64,000 nt of DNA, filler included, from Octopus bimaculoides (GCF_001194135.2; 5 parts of 5 records of this genome joined end to end with filler, not necessarily neighbours in it); one strand, 5' to 3'. Counted from the whole stretch's first letter, positions 13,261-27,747 are shown. Notes: generated by a model from the sequence alone, not told the origin. Numbers and translations: made by a program.

Positions 13261-14274
13261 AATATATACGCACACATATACAGGCATACATGCATACATA
13301 CATGAATATATACATACTGAACTCTTGAGTTTGTGTGTAAATGTGTATTTTAATACACATATGTGTGTATGAATTTAATAAACACAAATGTTTTTCGCAT
13401 GTATAGATACACACTCACATTCGTATATATACGTGTGTGCATTATGTGTGTATGTGTGTGTACTTGTGCCGACGTGTATGTTCGAGTTTCTCTCTGTGTG
13501 TGTATGTGTATTTTGCGTGTATGTGTGCTCGCGTATACGCATACACTTATCTATATACTTATGTATTTATTATGCAAGTTAACTCCCCAGTGTTGGCAGA
13601 ATAAATTAGGAATAAATATCTGATGAAAGTAAGCATGTCTGATGTTCCCACTACAGGTCCCTATGGGCAACTACACAAGCAAACAGATGGTTTATTTATA
13701 GTATTCACTTAACTACGGCCCACCTTTTCTTTGCTTCTGCATGTGTGAATTGGGGAACACTTTTTTCACAGACCCAATAACAACTATACCACACACATAA
13801 TGTAAACATCTTCATTTTACACATAAACATATATTACATGTGTATAAGTACCTCTCTCACCCTCTGTCTTTGGAATATATATATATATATATATANNNNN
13901 NNNNNNNNNNNNNNNNNNNNNNNNNNNNNNNNNNNNNNNNNNNNNNNNNNNNNNNNNNNNNNNNNNNNNNNNNNNNNNNNNNNNNNNNNNNNNNNNNNNN
14001 NNNNNNNNNNNNNNNNNNNNNNNNNNNNNNNNNNNNNNNNNNNNNNNNNNNNNNNNNNNNNNNNNNNNNNNNNNNNNNNNNNNNNNNNNNNNNNNNNNNN
14101 NNNNNNNNNNNNNNNNNNNNNNNNNNNNNNNNNNNNNNNNNNNNNNNNNNNNNNNNNNNNNNNNNNNNNNNNNNNNNNNNNNNNNNNNNNNNNNNNNNNN
14201 NNNNNNNNNNNNNNNNNNNNNNNNNNNNNNNNNNNNNNNNNNNNNNNNNNNNNNNNNNNNTATATATATATAGA

Positions 14275-14307
<33 letters not shown>

Positions 14308-14599
14308 GCATGCATGTGTATGTGTGTATACCCAATATACACTTACATCACAACAAAAACAAGGCTTAGGTTGGATTATATAACTTGATCTGAAAGTTGC
14401 GTGCAATCAGCGTAATCGACCTTAGTATTTATGAGTAGATCGATAAATTACTGATAATGAATGAATGAATGAAAAAATGCACATACTGTTTTTATAAGGC
14501 CACATGCTCACTAATATCAATTGTCATTCATCATATGGAAGGAGGGACAATCTTAAAATTTATAGGTGGGATCCTATGCATATGTCTGTAGCCCGAAGC

Positions 14600-14700
14600 A
14601 ACTTGCTTAAATTATTGCGTAGCGAATATATAAAGTTTCTCTGTGAGACAGAGTTCACATCTCCTGGATTGATTCTTTAAGCACTAGAGTGTCATGTAAT
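14600..14700 (-). mobile_element. Possible Penelope-like element C-terminal remnant
   Basis: Minus strand 14628-14674 encodes NQSRRCELCLTEKLYI, resembling the RC.LCL.EKL.I motif downstream of PLE GIY-YIG domains. Confidence 0.45.
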
Positions 14701-15540
14701 GCTGGGTGTCTAATATTTATACACCGATTTCTAAATATGTTTACAAAATGGAGTATGGCTCTACAGTGTCAATGACGGTAGGAACAACTACGAATGTGCC
14801 AGCCACTTTTTAATGTATACTACATGAATTCTCTGTCAGTGTTGTTTGTCGAAACGTTCGCATAAGCACAATGCTTTTTTTTTCAAGGTTTTTAACCTTT
14901 ATGGTCAGGGTACATAACTATTTTAGTTGCCAGACCTATAATCAGAGACATTCCAGCCGTAGCCAACACATTTTCTTTTAAATAGCCACGAATATATTGC
15001 CCACTGTGTTCTCGTATTTCAAAACACTACATAAGATCCGGCAGCAATTTTGAAGAAATCAGTAACCGCATCGAGGCTTTCTGCATAGTTGTAGCTCCAC
15101 CGGAGTGTGTTTTTAAGGTATATTGAAAGCAGTACAGATTTGTTATTACATGTATACGCTGAATGTTAGTATCACTCGTTTCAAGGCTAACGAGAAGCAA
15201 AGAGTGATATCATCTGTACAGATTTGAGCGTGGGCGGATTCAATCACATGCTGTTATGGATCAGGGGTGAAATTAATTTTCTGCCACTAATAAATTTCTG
15301 AACAGTTCGCTGCCTTGAAGTGACATTCGTTCTGAAGGTACCGAAGTGTAGAAGGTAGCCACGACAGGTACATAGTTCAACGATGCATTAGATATGTCCT
15401 TTTGGGCCAAACACAATAGACTGACAAATTCTGATATTATAAATATATCTATCCACCCTATCCAATGGAATGAGTTTTATAACTGATAATGTTGGCATTA
15501 TGCAAAATTTATTTTCATTAGTATTACATCTCCTACATTA

Positions 15541-15605
<65 letters not shown>

Positions 15606-15642
15606 GTCTGTCTGTCTGTCTGTCCGTCTGTCTATCTATCTA

Positions 15643-15673
<31 letters not shown>

Positions 15674-15707
15674 GCCAGCCTGCCTGCCTGTCTGTCTGTC
15701 TGTCTGC

Positions 15708-15792
<85 letters not shown>

Positions 15793-15805
15793 CATCTAGC
15801 TATCT
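15541..15805. repeat. Compound (TATC)n/(TGTC)n/(TGCC)n microsatellite
   Basis: Direct reading; explains the YLSI ORF. Confidence 0.95.
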
Positions 15806-16646
15806 ATACACACAAGAATTTTATATGCTTTCGAGAGAACGTAAACTAATTCTCTTTTGGAATATCTCGAAGCAGACACTTAAACCTATAAATAACAACA
15901 TGTAAATATTGGGTTAAAAAATCTTTTAGATAGAAAATATCGACTTCATTTGTGTGCTTCCAAAAAAGAATATATGTGTGCGTGTGTGTGTGTGTGTCTG
16001 TGTGTGCGCGTGTGCTTCAGATTTTCAGAAGTTGTACTTCTCTAGCAAATAACTTGATCTAAAGCTGAACTGAAATAAGTATTTTTAACAATTTTAAAAT
16101 ACGAAAAATTGAAATTTCATCATCTCGTATTTCAAGAGGTATCGAAAATATTTTCACTGCACAAATCCTTCCTGGTCATTGTGACATTTTCACAGTAAAG
16201 GTTTGAAAGTTAGTTAATGGCCAGTGCTTAAAGGCCTCAGGGTGTTTCATATTCTGGGTCTGTTGTATTCATGTTAGATTTCGACCTCTTGGCATCTGTC
16301 ACTGTAAAGTCATTGGTAGTTACTTCCGGGTTATGTTGTTCTGTCTGATAACAGTTTTACATATCATCCTTCCGCCTTTTCTATATTTTTAAAAGCTTTT
16401 TCTTCTTGGTGGTCAGTTTTGAATGGATCAATTCCTCGTTCGATAAATGTAAACAAGTGATTTTTACATATCTTTGGTACAAGGTTATGAAAAAAAAAAA
16501 TGGTTTCGGGTTTGATGACTGAATTATAATCTAGAGGTTGTTAAAATGAAGAAGTACATAAGCTAATGAAAAATTAATGTCGATAAGCTTTTATGCTGGT
16601 ATCTATATCAGCTTGCAACTGTACACCTCATACAAGCACTCACTCA

Positions 16647-16694
<48 letters not shown>

Positions 16695-16935
16695 TACTGC
16701 TATTTTCTGCGGTCAGGTGTCTATCATTGACAAGGCCAAAAGAGGCCGAAATCACGTGACCTGGTAGTCCTGGCAGTAGCGGTGACTGAATGCCGTTGGC
16801 GATAGCTATGATGAGCTTTCATGCATCCAAAAATCATAGTCTTTCTCCTTTGGTAAATATCGCAGTATTTGTGTGTGCTAATACAATATCCACTTTTAAG
16901 TGATGAATATTTTACCTCTTGGTAGTAATACTGCT

Positions 16936-16984
<49 letters not shown>

Positions 16985-16999
16985 GTCTCCTTCTCTCTC

Positions 17000-17052
<53 letters not shown>

Positions 17053-17242
17053 GTATGTATGATATGTATGTATGTATGTATGTATGTAAACGTATACACG
17101 TTTAAATACAAGCGTACACATATATGCACCTATACAAACATTTTTACATACCTATATACGTTAAGAGAATTTCGCGATTACACACAAACACACAAATACA
17201 CACATACACACATGCACACACTCATACACACACGCGCGCGCG

Positions 17243-17312
<70 letters not shown>

Positions 17313-17616
17313 CTAACTAGCTACCCAACTACATCTCTGCTGCAAAGGAACTGTAACAGAAGGCAGATTGAAATTTTTAACATCTGAAGAAATTAACAAA
17401 GGGTAAATGCAACAGGTTTTGTCTTGTGTACTTTTAAATGGCTAAAATTTCTCATGTGCATTGTAATAACCGGAATTCGAGAGGTACAGGGTTCAATTCT
17501 CTTTAGTGGCTTACTGGTCACTTTTTCCCGTCTTCTAAGCGTATTTACCCAATCTTCTAAACTGTTTACACAGCTAGTCTGTTTTCAAGAATTCCTTTAT
17601 TTTATGTAGAATATAA

Positions 17617-17977
17617 ACTCTTTACTCCTTACTCTTTTACTTGTTTCAGTCATTTGACTGTAGCCATGCTGGAGCACCGCCTTTAGTCGAGCAAATCGAC
17701 CCCAGGACTTATTCTTTGTAAGCCTAGTACTTATTCTATCGGTCTCTTTTGCCGAACCGCTAAGTTACGGGGACGTAAACACACCAGCATCGGTTGTCAA
17801 GTGATGTTGGGGGACAAACACAGACACACAAACATATACACACACATACATATACATATATATATATATATTCATATATACGACGAGCTTCTTTCAGTTT
17901 CCGTCTACCAAATCCACTCACAAGGCTTTGGTCTGCCCGTGGCTATAGTAGAAGACACTTGCCCAAGGTGCCACGCA
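17617..17977 (-). mobile_element. SINE family B, 5'-truncated, with internal microsatellite
   Basis: Minus strand GGCACCTTGGGCAAGTGTCTTC...GACTGAAACAAGTAAAAGAGTAA; overlaps in sequence with the 38099-38352 copy. Confidence 0.85.
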
Positions 17978-18295
17978 TACATATATATACCTTATTTGTG
18001 GGTTAACAAGATCACCAATAGTTTCGTGTTAAGAGCGATCTCATAAGAATTTTCAAGCCGGTCACATTGGAAAGTTGGTACTCGTTTCCATCTAAGATGA
18101 GAATGTACAAAGTAGATATAGAAATAAGTACCAATATTCCTATGAGGCAGATTTGAAAATTCTCTAGAAACTCCCCTTCCTACATGAAATGTTGGGTAGC
18201 CTTCTATACAGACAAATAAAGAAAATTTATCTACCAATGCGGTGTTGAACACTCATTCTCATTGTTCAATATTATCGTGTGTGTGTGTGTGTGTA

Positions 18296-18357
<62 letters not shown>

Positions 18358-18639
18358 CGCGTGCACCTGCGTCTGTGTGCTGTGCGTTTATATATATATA
18401 TATTCCTTAGGTCCTGGAAGAGTATAAAAATAGGGTATTTTCAGAGAAGCGCTCAACCTGGGTTATCAGTATTGTCAGATTCCAGACTAATACCGAATTT
18501 ATTCAAGAGGAGAAAGTCCTGGTTTCACGACGGCAAAACTTGTGGCGAATAGTAAATTATAATCCAAATAAAAATAAGACAAATGAATCACTAAAGATGT
18601 TTTAAAGGAATTCCTTGTCTTATAATTCCAACAGCCCCT

Positions 18640-18942
18640 CGTGTATATATGTGACCCACTGTCACGTCGCCGTAAGTTTGCCGAAGCATGCTCAATATCA
18701 TTGTAGCAGACTTCTCGTTGCTCTTGATTCAAAATTCCGGTCAATGACAAAATCGCAGACTACAGCATATACGTGATCACAAAAATACAAATTTCACAAC
18801 TTGCAATGTAAACACAGAGATGTCACTCGACACAATGCCTCATGAAGGTCACTCACTGCTAGCTCTCACTGCGCACGCAACTGTATGCTGCCATCTGTTG
18901 ATGCACTACAGAACTATCCCGGGAACATTTTGATACCACCTC

Positions 18943-18943
<1 letters not shown>
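18640..18943 (-). mobile_element. Mariner 5' fragment
   Basis: TA plus TIR CGAGGTGGTATCAAAATGTTCCCGG at the right edge; minus-strand SMLRQTYGDVTVGH resembles the mariner N-terminal ML.QAYG motif. Confidence 0.65.
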
Positions 18944-18993
<50 letters not shown>

Positions 18994-19291
18994 NNNNNNN
19001 NNNNNNNNNNNNNNNNNNNNNNNNNNNNNNNNNNNNNNNNNNNNNNNNNNNNNNNNNNNNNNNNNNNNNNNNNNNNNNNNNNNNNNNNNNNNNNNNNNNN
19101 NNNNNNNNNNNNNNNNNNNNNNNNNNNNNNNNNNNNNNNNNNNNNNNNNNNNNNNNNNNNNNNNNNNNNNNNNNNNNNNNNNNNNNNNNNNNNNNNNNNN
19201 NNNNNNNNNNNNNNNNNNNNNNNNNNNNNNNNNNNNNNNNNNNNNNNNNNNNNNNNNNNNNNNNNNNNNNNNNNNNNNNNNNNNNNNNNNN

Positions 19292-19332
<41 letters not shown>

Positions 19333-19418
19333 ATGTACGAAAAACAACAACAACAGACGAAGACAGGTGGTGTAAACAACAAAAGATGTATTAGTATGGC
19401 GCTCGGGAATACGGAAAG

Positions 19419-19455
19419 TCTTTAACGTTTCGAGCTACGCTCTTCAACAGAAAGA
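19419..19455 (-). ncRNA. Minimal type-I hammerhead-ribozyme-like motif (A6>U)
   Basis: TCTTT-CTGTTGA-A-GAGC(GTA)GCTC-GAAA-CGTT-AAAGA: 5-bp stem I, 4-bp stem II, loop-less palindromic stem III. Confidence 0.6.
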
Positions 19456-20282
19456 ATACGGAGAAACAAGGAGAAAAACACGGAGAAAAAAAATTGAATG
19501 GTGTTAGGTCACATATATATATATATAATGCAATAAGGTTTATAATGCATATATAACTTTCAGCCATTACTAACTGGTACTGATGCACCGAAACAATTGT
19601 AGTAAATTCTTATAGAACCTGTTCATTCCATTTTCTCGCATTAAAATTCCTTTGAATAAACTCTGCGAATACTTGCGGATTACCACTTGTATATCCAGTA
19701 GAAGTATGTGTGTACGTGTGTGTGTGTGTGTTTGTGTGTGTGTGTTTGTGTGTGTGTGTTTCTGTGTAGGTATGTATGAGTATAACGTATTGAAAGAGCT
19801 TCCAGCAGTTTTAATACCCAAAACGTATGTTTATTAATTTTCCGCACGCGTCAATCTCTTCCTCTCTCTCTCTCTCTCTCTCTCATAAACGTCTGGAGAT
19901 ATATTAAAAAACCGAAGGTCTGTTTATATATTATTTGCAGTGTATATTTAATTTGTTTTAATAAGGAAAAGCAGGGGAAGTGTCGTAATGATGATACACG
20001 ACATCGGACTCAATCAAGACAAGTCTGTGCATTTAACAATTGAAGTGAAAGATTTCTATTTGATAGTTAGGTTGGAGGTCAAGGATGTCGAATGCTTGTT
20101 ACGGTGAATCTTCCATGACATAATCCATCGGCTAATTGTCTTTTTATGCTCTGCCGACCTAACAACAATGTACCACTGAACTATTCTGAATTAAATATTA
20201 ATAAATATACTACCTTCACGAACACTATATGAATGTATGTATGTATGTATACAAATATGTGTGTAAGAGAGAGAGCGTGTGC

Positions 20283-20395
<113 letters not shown>

Positions 20396-22129
20396 TATGT
20401 GTGAATGCCTCCATAATCCCATGCGTACAAATTTATTCTGGTACCGTCTTAGGAAAAAGGGCGTTTATCTGTTTGATGCAATACGTCATTAAACCACACT
20501 GCAAATGTTTTCCTAAAATATATTGCAACAGCTGCAATTGTAACGAGGACAAATGGGTGCACGACATAGATATGTCTGAATGTAACAGCATAATAATACT
20601 GACAACTTCTGCCGAAACCACAATAATGTTATTAGTAAAAACCATTTAAGCAATATATGTACGTACTTGTGTTTCTTTACAGTTATCTATTTGTCAATCT
20701 ATTTATCTACCTATCTATCTGTCAGCCTACCCGTTTTCCAGTCTCTCTTCCTCTATCTCCATGCGTGTGTGGGTTTATGTGTAGGTATCAGTTGACTGAC
20801 GTTTCTATCTTGCTTGAACAAAAATGTATATGAATGTAAACATACGCGTGTGTTGATGCATTATTTTACCTGGGGTCACACGCAAGCATATANNNNNNNN
20901 NNNNNNNNNNNNNNNNNNNNNNNNNNNNNNNNNNNNNNNNNNNNNNNNNNNNNNNNNNNNNNNNNNNNNNNNNNNNNNNNNNNNNNNNNNNNNNNNNNNN
21001 NNNNNNNNNNNNNNNNNNNNNNNNNNNNNNNNNNNNNNNNNNNNNNNNNNNNNNNNNNNNNNNNNNNNNNNNNNNNNNNNNNNNNNNNNNNNNNNNNNNN
21101 NNNNNNNNNNNNNNNNNNNNNNNNNNNNNNNNNNNNNNNNNNNNNNNNNNNNNNNNNNNNNNNNNNNNNNNNNNNNNNNNNNNNNNNNNNNNNNNNNNNN
21201 NNNNNNNNNNNNNNNNNNNNNNNNNNNNNNNNNNNNNNNNNNNNNNNNNNNNNNNNNNNNNNNNNNNNNNNNNNNNNNNNNNNNNNNNNNNNNNNNNNNN
21301 NNNNNNNNNNNNNNNNNNNNNNNNNNNNNNNNNNNNNNNNNNNNNNNNNNNNNNNNNNNNNNNNNNNNNNNNNNNNNNNNNNNNNNNNNNNATATATATA
21401 TATATATATACAAACGTATATGCAGGTATGTATCTTCACACGCAATCGAGCACGCACACGCATATGTAATTTAACTTCCATTAAATTCAAAGACTGTGTT
21501 CAATAAGAAATTATATTTGTATATATATTCTTTTATATTTTACTTCTTTCAGTCATTGCATTAGGACGTCTTAGAGGGTTGCCTTGAGGAGGTTTAATCG
21601 ATCATTGACACCAGTATTAATTTTTAAGTATGATACTTATCTTGTGGAACCGCTAGGCTATGGTGAAACAGAAAATCAAAGTAAACAATTTACAGAATTG
21701 CGGTCCCTGGCTCGTAGGTTTCTTCTCTATAATAAAATGAGCTTCGCTGAATATTTTCTCATCTCACGTGTAATTTCATTAGTAGCAATCTCGAATATTC
21801 CATTTCTTATCCACAAGCCCAATGTGGGGCCTATTTCTTACAAGAAACTATTGGTAACCTGCATATGAATAATTGTGATATACTTACTATAATGTAAATA
21901 CTACGCTCACCTAAACTATATTTTCTCACTGCTTGTTGAATTGTGTAGCGTAATACAAACATAGTCTCCCCGATTGAGGGTTTATTGCTGCTTATTGTTA
22001 CACATTGCAGATTGGACGTACTAGTGATAGTACTCGTATGCTGCGCTTATACAAGTGCAGCACAGTGAATCTTTTCAATACTAACTACTCAGTTAGGAAT
22101 GCACCAACACTACTCAACAAGGTCTACAC

Positions 22130-22474
22130 CTACCTAATACTTGAAAAGTTTGAGGAAGTTGTAAGATGTTTGTACCATTTTGTGTCGTCGGCATAGCTAG
22201 CAAGCGTGGGTGTCTGAGTAACTGATAGCATATCCGAGAGAGCTACCATAAACAGCAGCAGCTCCTGTACAGTTCCCTGAATCATTCCGCTCTCTATCAC
22301 TCTCTCCTCGGAGAGGGTCACATTGGCTGCCACCGCCTGGCTTCTGTCTTTTAAGAAGTCATATAACCACTCTCACAGTTCTCTTACCCTGCCAATTCTC
22401 CGTACATTGTGACATATCATCCCATTATAAAGCTTATCAAAGGCTTTTGCAAAACCGAGATATATCACATCCAT
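22130..22474 (-). mobile_element. CR1/Jockey-type LINE reverse transcriptase remnant
   Basis: MDVIYLGFAKAFDK...WLYDFLKDRSQAV...SGMIQGTVQELLLF...SYADDTK across frames (ORF 22130-22333). Confidence 0.85.
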
Positions 22475-22546
22475 ATATATATGTAACCTCGTGGATATCG
22501 GTGGCGATTTTTTCTTCCTCCATTTTCCCCTTCTTTGGACTTTCTT

Positions 22547-22583
22547 TGTTTCGGACGAAGAGCTCCGCTCGAAACGTCATATT
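22547..22583 (+). ncRNA. Minimal hammerhead-like motif (U4>G, stem I decayed)
   Basis: CGGACGA-A-GAGC(TCC)GCTC-GAAA-CGTC; downstream ttcccgagcg shared with the 19.4-kb copy. Confidence 0.5.
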
Positions 22584-22671
22584 CTCTTTCTTTCCTTTCC
22601 CGAGCGTCTAGTAACACAATCTGTATCACGTCCTCACGTTGTTGTTTTTTGTCTTTTTCCTTTTTTGAACC

Positions 22672-22726
<55 letters not shown>

Positions 22727-22826
22727 NNNNNNNNNNNNNNNNNNNNNNNNNNNNNNNNNNNNNNNNNNNNTTAATTAATTAANNNNNNNNNNNNNNNNNN
22801 NNNNNNNNNNNNNNNNNNNNNNNNNN
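22727..22826. other. Artificial scaffold-join linker N44-TTAATTAATTAA-N44
   Basis: Exactly 100 bp; identical construct found four times; the insert has stops in all six frames. Confidence 0.9.
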
Positions 22827-23374
22827 ATATATATATATATATATATATACATATATATATGCATATATATATATATATGTATATGTATATAATGTATATA
22901 TGTATCTGTGTATGTATATATATGTACATGTATATATAGGCATATATTCTGATTTTCTTTTCTACTTTCGTTTTCAGAGGTTCTAATTCTTCATCTTTAG
23001 AATTCATGTCGCCAGTAAGCTTAATATACAACAAATGGACTGTATTGTAAGACTCGCTACACATATTCCTCTTTTTAGATTGCTTAATAGAAAATTCACA
23101 GCTATTTATTCATATTTTGAGATGGTGCAACAGGCAAAGTCGTTAGAGCGTCGTTCGGCATATTTTACTGTTTGTTCCGGCTCTATGAGCGTTGAGTTCA
23201 AATTCTGCCAAAATCAACATTTTTGGAGATCGATAAAAATTTTTAAATGCCTGCTGCTGTAGACGTCCGTTGATTTGCGAAACGGTTAGAGAATCGGACA
23301 GAATACATTCCAGTATCTGTTCCGGCTGTCTATAATCTGAGTTCAAATTTCACGGTAAGCAACGTCTTTGTATA

Positions 23375-23737
23375 TCAGGTCATCCCATAAGTTCTGACCG
23401 ATTTTACTTTTTTTTAAAAATTGAATGAAATTTAATGGTATTTTAGAATGTCTAATGGAATTAAAAATTATTTTTTATATGCATTTGTGTACATTTAAAC
23501 TAATTAAATATTATTTTACAGAATGATAAAATTAAAATTCCTTTGATTAAAAACCATTCTAACATGAAGTATCCAAAGAGCTTTTGAGGCACATAATACT
23601 TTATGAGTATAAAAACGGAAGCTCTGTAGCCGAAGCGACTCGAAACATACACTCACCTTATGGGAAAGAATGCTTGAATGAAAGAACTTGCAGAAGATGC
23701 TTTGCAAAATCCAGAAGTGGAAATTTCAGCCTTGAAG
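23375..23737 (+). mobile_element. Mariner 5' fragment (TIR plus paired-domain HTH)
   Basis: TA plus TCAGGTCATCCCATAAGTTCTGACCG; LRHIILYEYKNGSSVAEATRNIHSPYGKECLNERTCRRCFAKSRSGNFSLE (ORF 23584-23784). Confidence 0.85.
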
Positions 23738-24598
23738 TTGGCAGAACTGTTAGAGAATCGGATAAAATACCGTGTGCTATCTAATCCAGCATATTTGCGG
23801 TCTGAAGCCAATACCCTCGCGACGGAACTGGTGCCAAGCTCTATTGTCCTTAGACGAAACACCATTCCCATAAGCAACAATGGTGGCGTAGAGAGTGGAG
23901 ATTTGTATGAAAGGGTTTAAAACAAAATATAAAAACCGACAAGATGATCACGGCTAGAATGCTTATCATCACAGGTCTGCTTCATCATCATTATCCCCGC
24001 CTCCACCATCATCATTATCATAAGCATCTCCATGATTATTACAATAATCATTATCCTGTCGTCATCGTCGTCATCACCATCACCATCATCATCCTTGTCA
24101 TCGAATTTATAATCGTCGTCATTATCATTGTTGTCATCGTCATGTCGTTTTCTTTGTCGTCATCATTATCATCATCATCATCATCGTCATCTTACATAAA
24201 ATAAACTTTGCGCCGACCTCCACATTTATGCGAAGATACATGGGCATCCGCGTTCGATGTAAGCCCTTATTTCAGGTTTCATTTATTTTAAGGGTACCCT
24301 ATCCACACAAATTTTTGGTGTGTATTTATTTTGCTCTTAATAAAATTTCCATAGCTAATCTCTCATAGATTTTTTTCTCTTTTTTTATGCATAAATTCTC
24401 TATAAGATGGTTAAAACATCCAACAGTTTTTTTTTTATCTAGTCTTATTCCGCGGTCTATATTATAATATCACTATAGCGATGTATTTACAAAGAACCAT
24501 TATTACAGATTATGTAATACAGAGCAGGAAGCAAAACTAGATAGAAAAACGAGGTAAAACATTAGTAGATAACACCAGAATCGTACATTGGATTCCGT

Positions 24599-24629
<31 letters not shown>

Positions 24630-25726
24630 TAGAAGCTAAATTGTGGACGTTTTATTGGTAGAAAAATACAAGGTAAATTCTAACACAGATGTAAAACATT
24701 TAAAATAAACTATGAAAGTAGCCCGGAGATAACCGTTAAACAATCGTAATTGTGTGGTGATGATTTTTATCTGTTATAACATCAACATTATTCCTTTGCT
24801 GTCTAATACAGCAGTGTGGCAACGGCGTGTCTTGGGAGGATCAGGTAGAGAAGTTCTAGTAACGTTAATGGAGTTAATGGAATTGTGAAAGTTGTTGTTC
24901 GAATCTAACCATAAACAACTATTAAGGAAATATGAAGAATCGTTAATAAAAAAAAATGACAAAAAAAAACAAACAGANNNNNNNNNNNNNNNNNNNNNNN
25001 NNNNNNNNNNNNNNNNNNNNNNNNNNNNNNNNNNNNNNNNNNNNNNNNNNNNNNNNNNNNNNNNNNNNNNNNNNNNNNNNNNNNNNNNNNNNNNNNNNNN
25101 NNNNNNNNNNNNNNNNNNNNNNNNNNNNNNNNNNNNNNNNNNNNNNNNNNNNNNNNNNNNNNNNNNNNNNNNNNNNNNNNNNNNNNNNNNNNNNNNNNNN
25201 NNNNNNNNNNNNNNNNNNNNNNNNNNNNNNNNNNNNNNNNNNNNNNNNNNNNNNNNNNNNNNNNNNNNNNNNNNNNNNNNNNNNNNNNNNNNNNNNNNNN
25301 NNNNNNNNNNNNNNNNNNNNNNNNNNNNNNNNNNNNNNNNNNNNNNNNNNNNNNNNNNNNNNNNNNNNNNNNNNNNNNNNNNNNNNNNNNNNNNNNNNNN
25401 NNNNNNNNNNNNNNNNNNNNNNNNNNNNNNNNNNNNNNNNNNNNNNNNNNNNNNNNNNNNNNNNNNNNNNNNNNNNNNNNNNNNNNNNNNNNNNNNNNNN
25501 NNNNNNNNNNNNNNNNNNNNNNNNNNNNNNNNNNNNNNNNNNNNNNNNNNNNNNNNNNNNNNNNNNNNNNNNNNNNNNNNNNNNNNNNNNNNNNNNNNNN
25601 NNNNNNNNNNNNNNNNNNNNNNNNNNNNNNNNNNNNNNNNNNNNNNNNNNNNNNNNCCTGGGGCTAAAAGCAACAGTAACATCCACCCCTAGGGGTCAGC
25701 CACACTTAAGTGGCAATATACTACAC

Positions 25727-25762
<36 letters not shown>

Positions 25763-25842
25763 CATACATCCATCATAATTTCCGACATTGGAAACTCACT
25801 CTGAGTACTATGATGATAACCGTTTACTATTTGCCCTAGTTT

Positions 25843-25883
<41 letters not shown>

Positions 25884-26994
25884 GCACACACTCACACATG
25901 CACACACATACATATATAAATATATATATATATATCTTTATATATGTATATATATACACATACATACAAGTACATATATATAGATATACATATACATACG
26001 TACATGTGTGTGTGTCTTTGTGTGTAAGTGTCTGTGTGTGCGTGCGCGCCGCACGTTCATATAACTAACGGCATGTTCAACCAGACTAGTAGAATACGCT
26101 CTTAAAGGCAAAATTTGAAGTCTAAGTCATTAAACGTCATCAATAAATATAGGCCTATCAAATGTATCGAGTTCTACCATTGGCTAATTTACTATTCCTA
26201 CAATTATATCAACAATACCATATAAATCACCTACAAATTTGACTAAAAATCAATATTTTCGTTGATCGATATAAGCAAAATGACCGTTTCAGTAGATGTC
26301 CGCTGATTGACGGAAACGTTGGAGAATCGGACAGAATACCTTCAGATTCCGCAGTCTGCCCTCTGAGTTCAAACTTCATCGTGACCAACTTGTTTTGTTT
26401 TGATTTTGCGAAAAATGCACTGTGTTCTTAAGCAAGACATTCCATTTCAGCTTGCTCCATTTCACTCAATTGGCAAACGTGTATAATCCTACGACGAACC
26501 GGCGTCCCGTGCAGGTGTCGAATACAGAAACCGAAGATTCCAGGAAACCCCGTTATTTGTTCTTATGGTTCGGGAAGGATCTTTGTTTCTACTTCCCTTT
26601 TATTTTAATATGTAAATATATAATGACAAGGATATATACACAGACAGACTGACAAAAGGTATACATGTATAAATTAATACACATATATAATATATAAACA
26701 TACATATACATCTTAATGTGAGTGTATAGGTGGTGTTTGTATGTGTTTGTGTTTGTGTGCGTGCTTGTGAGCGTCTGTGTGTATGTATGTGTGTGTGTGT
26801 GTGTGTGTGCATATGCTCACCTGGTTCGGCCATTAGCATCTTAACAAATATAGAATAAACTGGTGGGTAATCGAAGTAAATAGTAGTTATAGCTTAGTGA
26901 ATATTGAACATAATCTGTTTATGTTAGTGTAGAGAATGTAAAGGAAGCTGCATAAGTTAACCAATACAAACAGCTCCAAAATAAAGTAGATAAT

Positions 26995-27032
<38 letters not shown>

Positions 27033-27602
27033 CAACAACAATAACAACACCCCAGGCTCTGTTTGATAGCTTGCGCTTCTCTTTCAATAATAAAGATGGT
27101 GGTGGTGGTGGTGGTGGTGGCGGTGGCAAAATGTGCAACATACGGCTTCTTGCTAAAGGGTGTTCACTGTTATGCGTTTGGTGTGTTTGTGAACATAACA
27201 GAGCAAATAGATATGGCTGTATGTGAACGTGTTCGTACATTTGTGTTTGCATTCATATATATATATATACATCATGTGCGTATGGAAGTGTGTGCAGATA
27301 AGTATGTGCAAATATATTTATGCACGCACACAAACAACACACATACACAGACACACACACAGAGATACGCACACATATAGATATATTTACACACATACAT
27401 ACACCTAATTACAGCATACATATGTACATGCACACATAATGTACATACACATGCTTATATGCTAACTTCCAATACAAGATTAACACACCAGGTTGACCCG
27501 AAGCTGTGATAGAAGAGATGACGGGTCATGTGACACAACTGCGAATCACTTGATTGTAAAGAGCTACCGGCATTATTGTAAATGTGTCAATATTCCCCAC
27601 AC

Positions 27603-27747
27603 GTTCTGAGTTCAAATTCCGCCAAGGTCGACTTTGCTTTTCATCCTTTCGGGGTCGATAAATTAAGTACCAGTTGCGTACTGGGGCCGGTGTAATCGAC
27701 TGTCACCCTCCCCAAAAATTTCGGGCCATGTGCCTAGTGTAGAATAG
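27603..27747 (+). mobile_element. 5'-truncated SINE family A with 14-bp TSD
   Basis: Begins at GTTCTGAGTTCAAATTCC; AATATTCCCCACAC at 27589-27602 and 27748-27761. Confidence 0.9.

Noticed and set aside
16230-16380. Minus-strand frame ending ...TTDPEYETP*
   Set aside because: In-frame stop right after the best acceptor; no further support.
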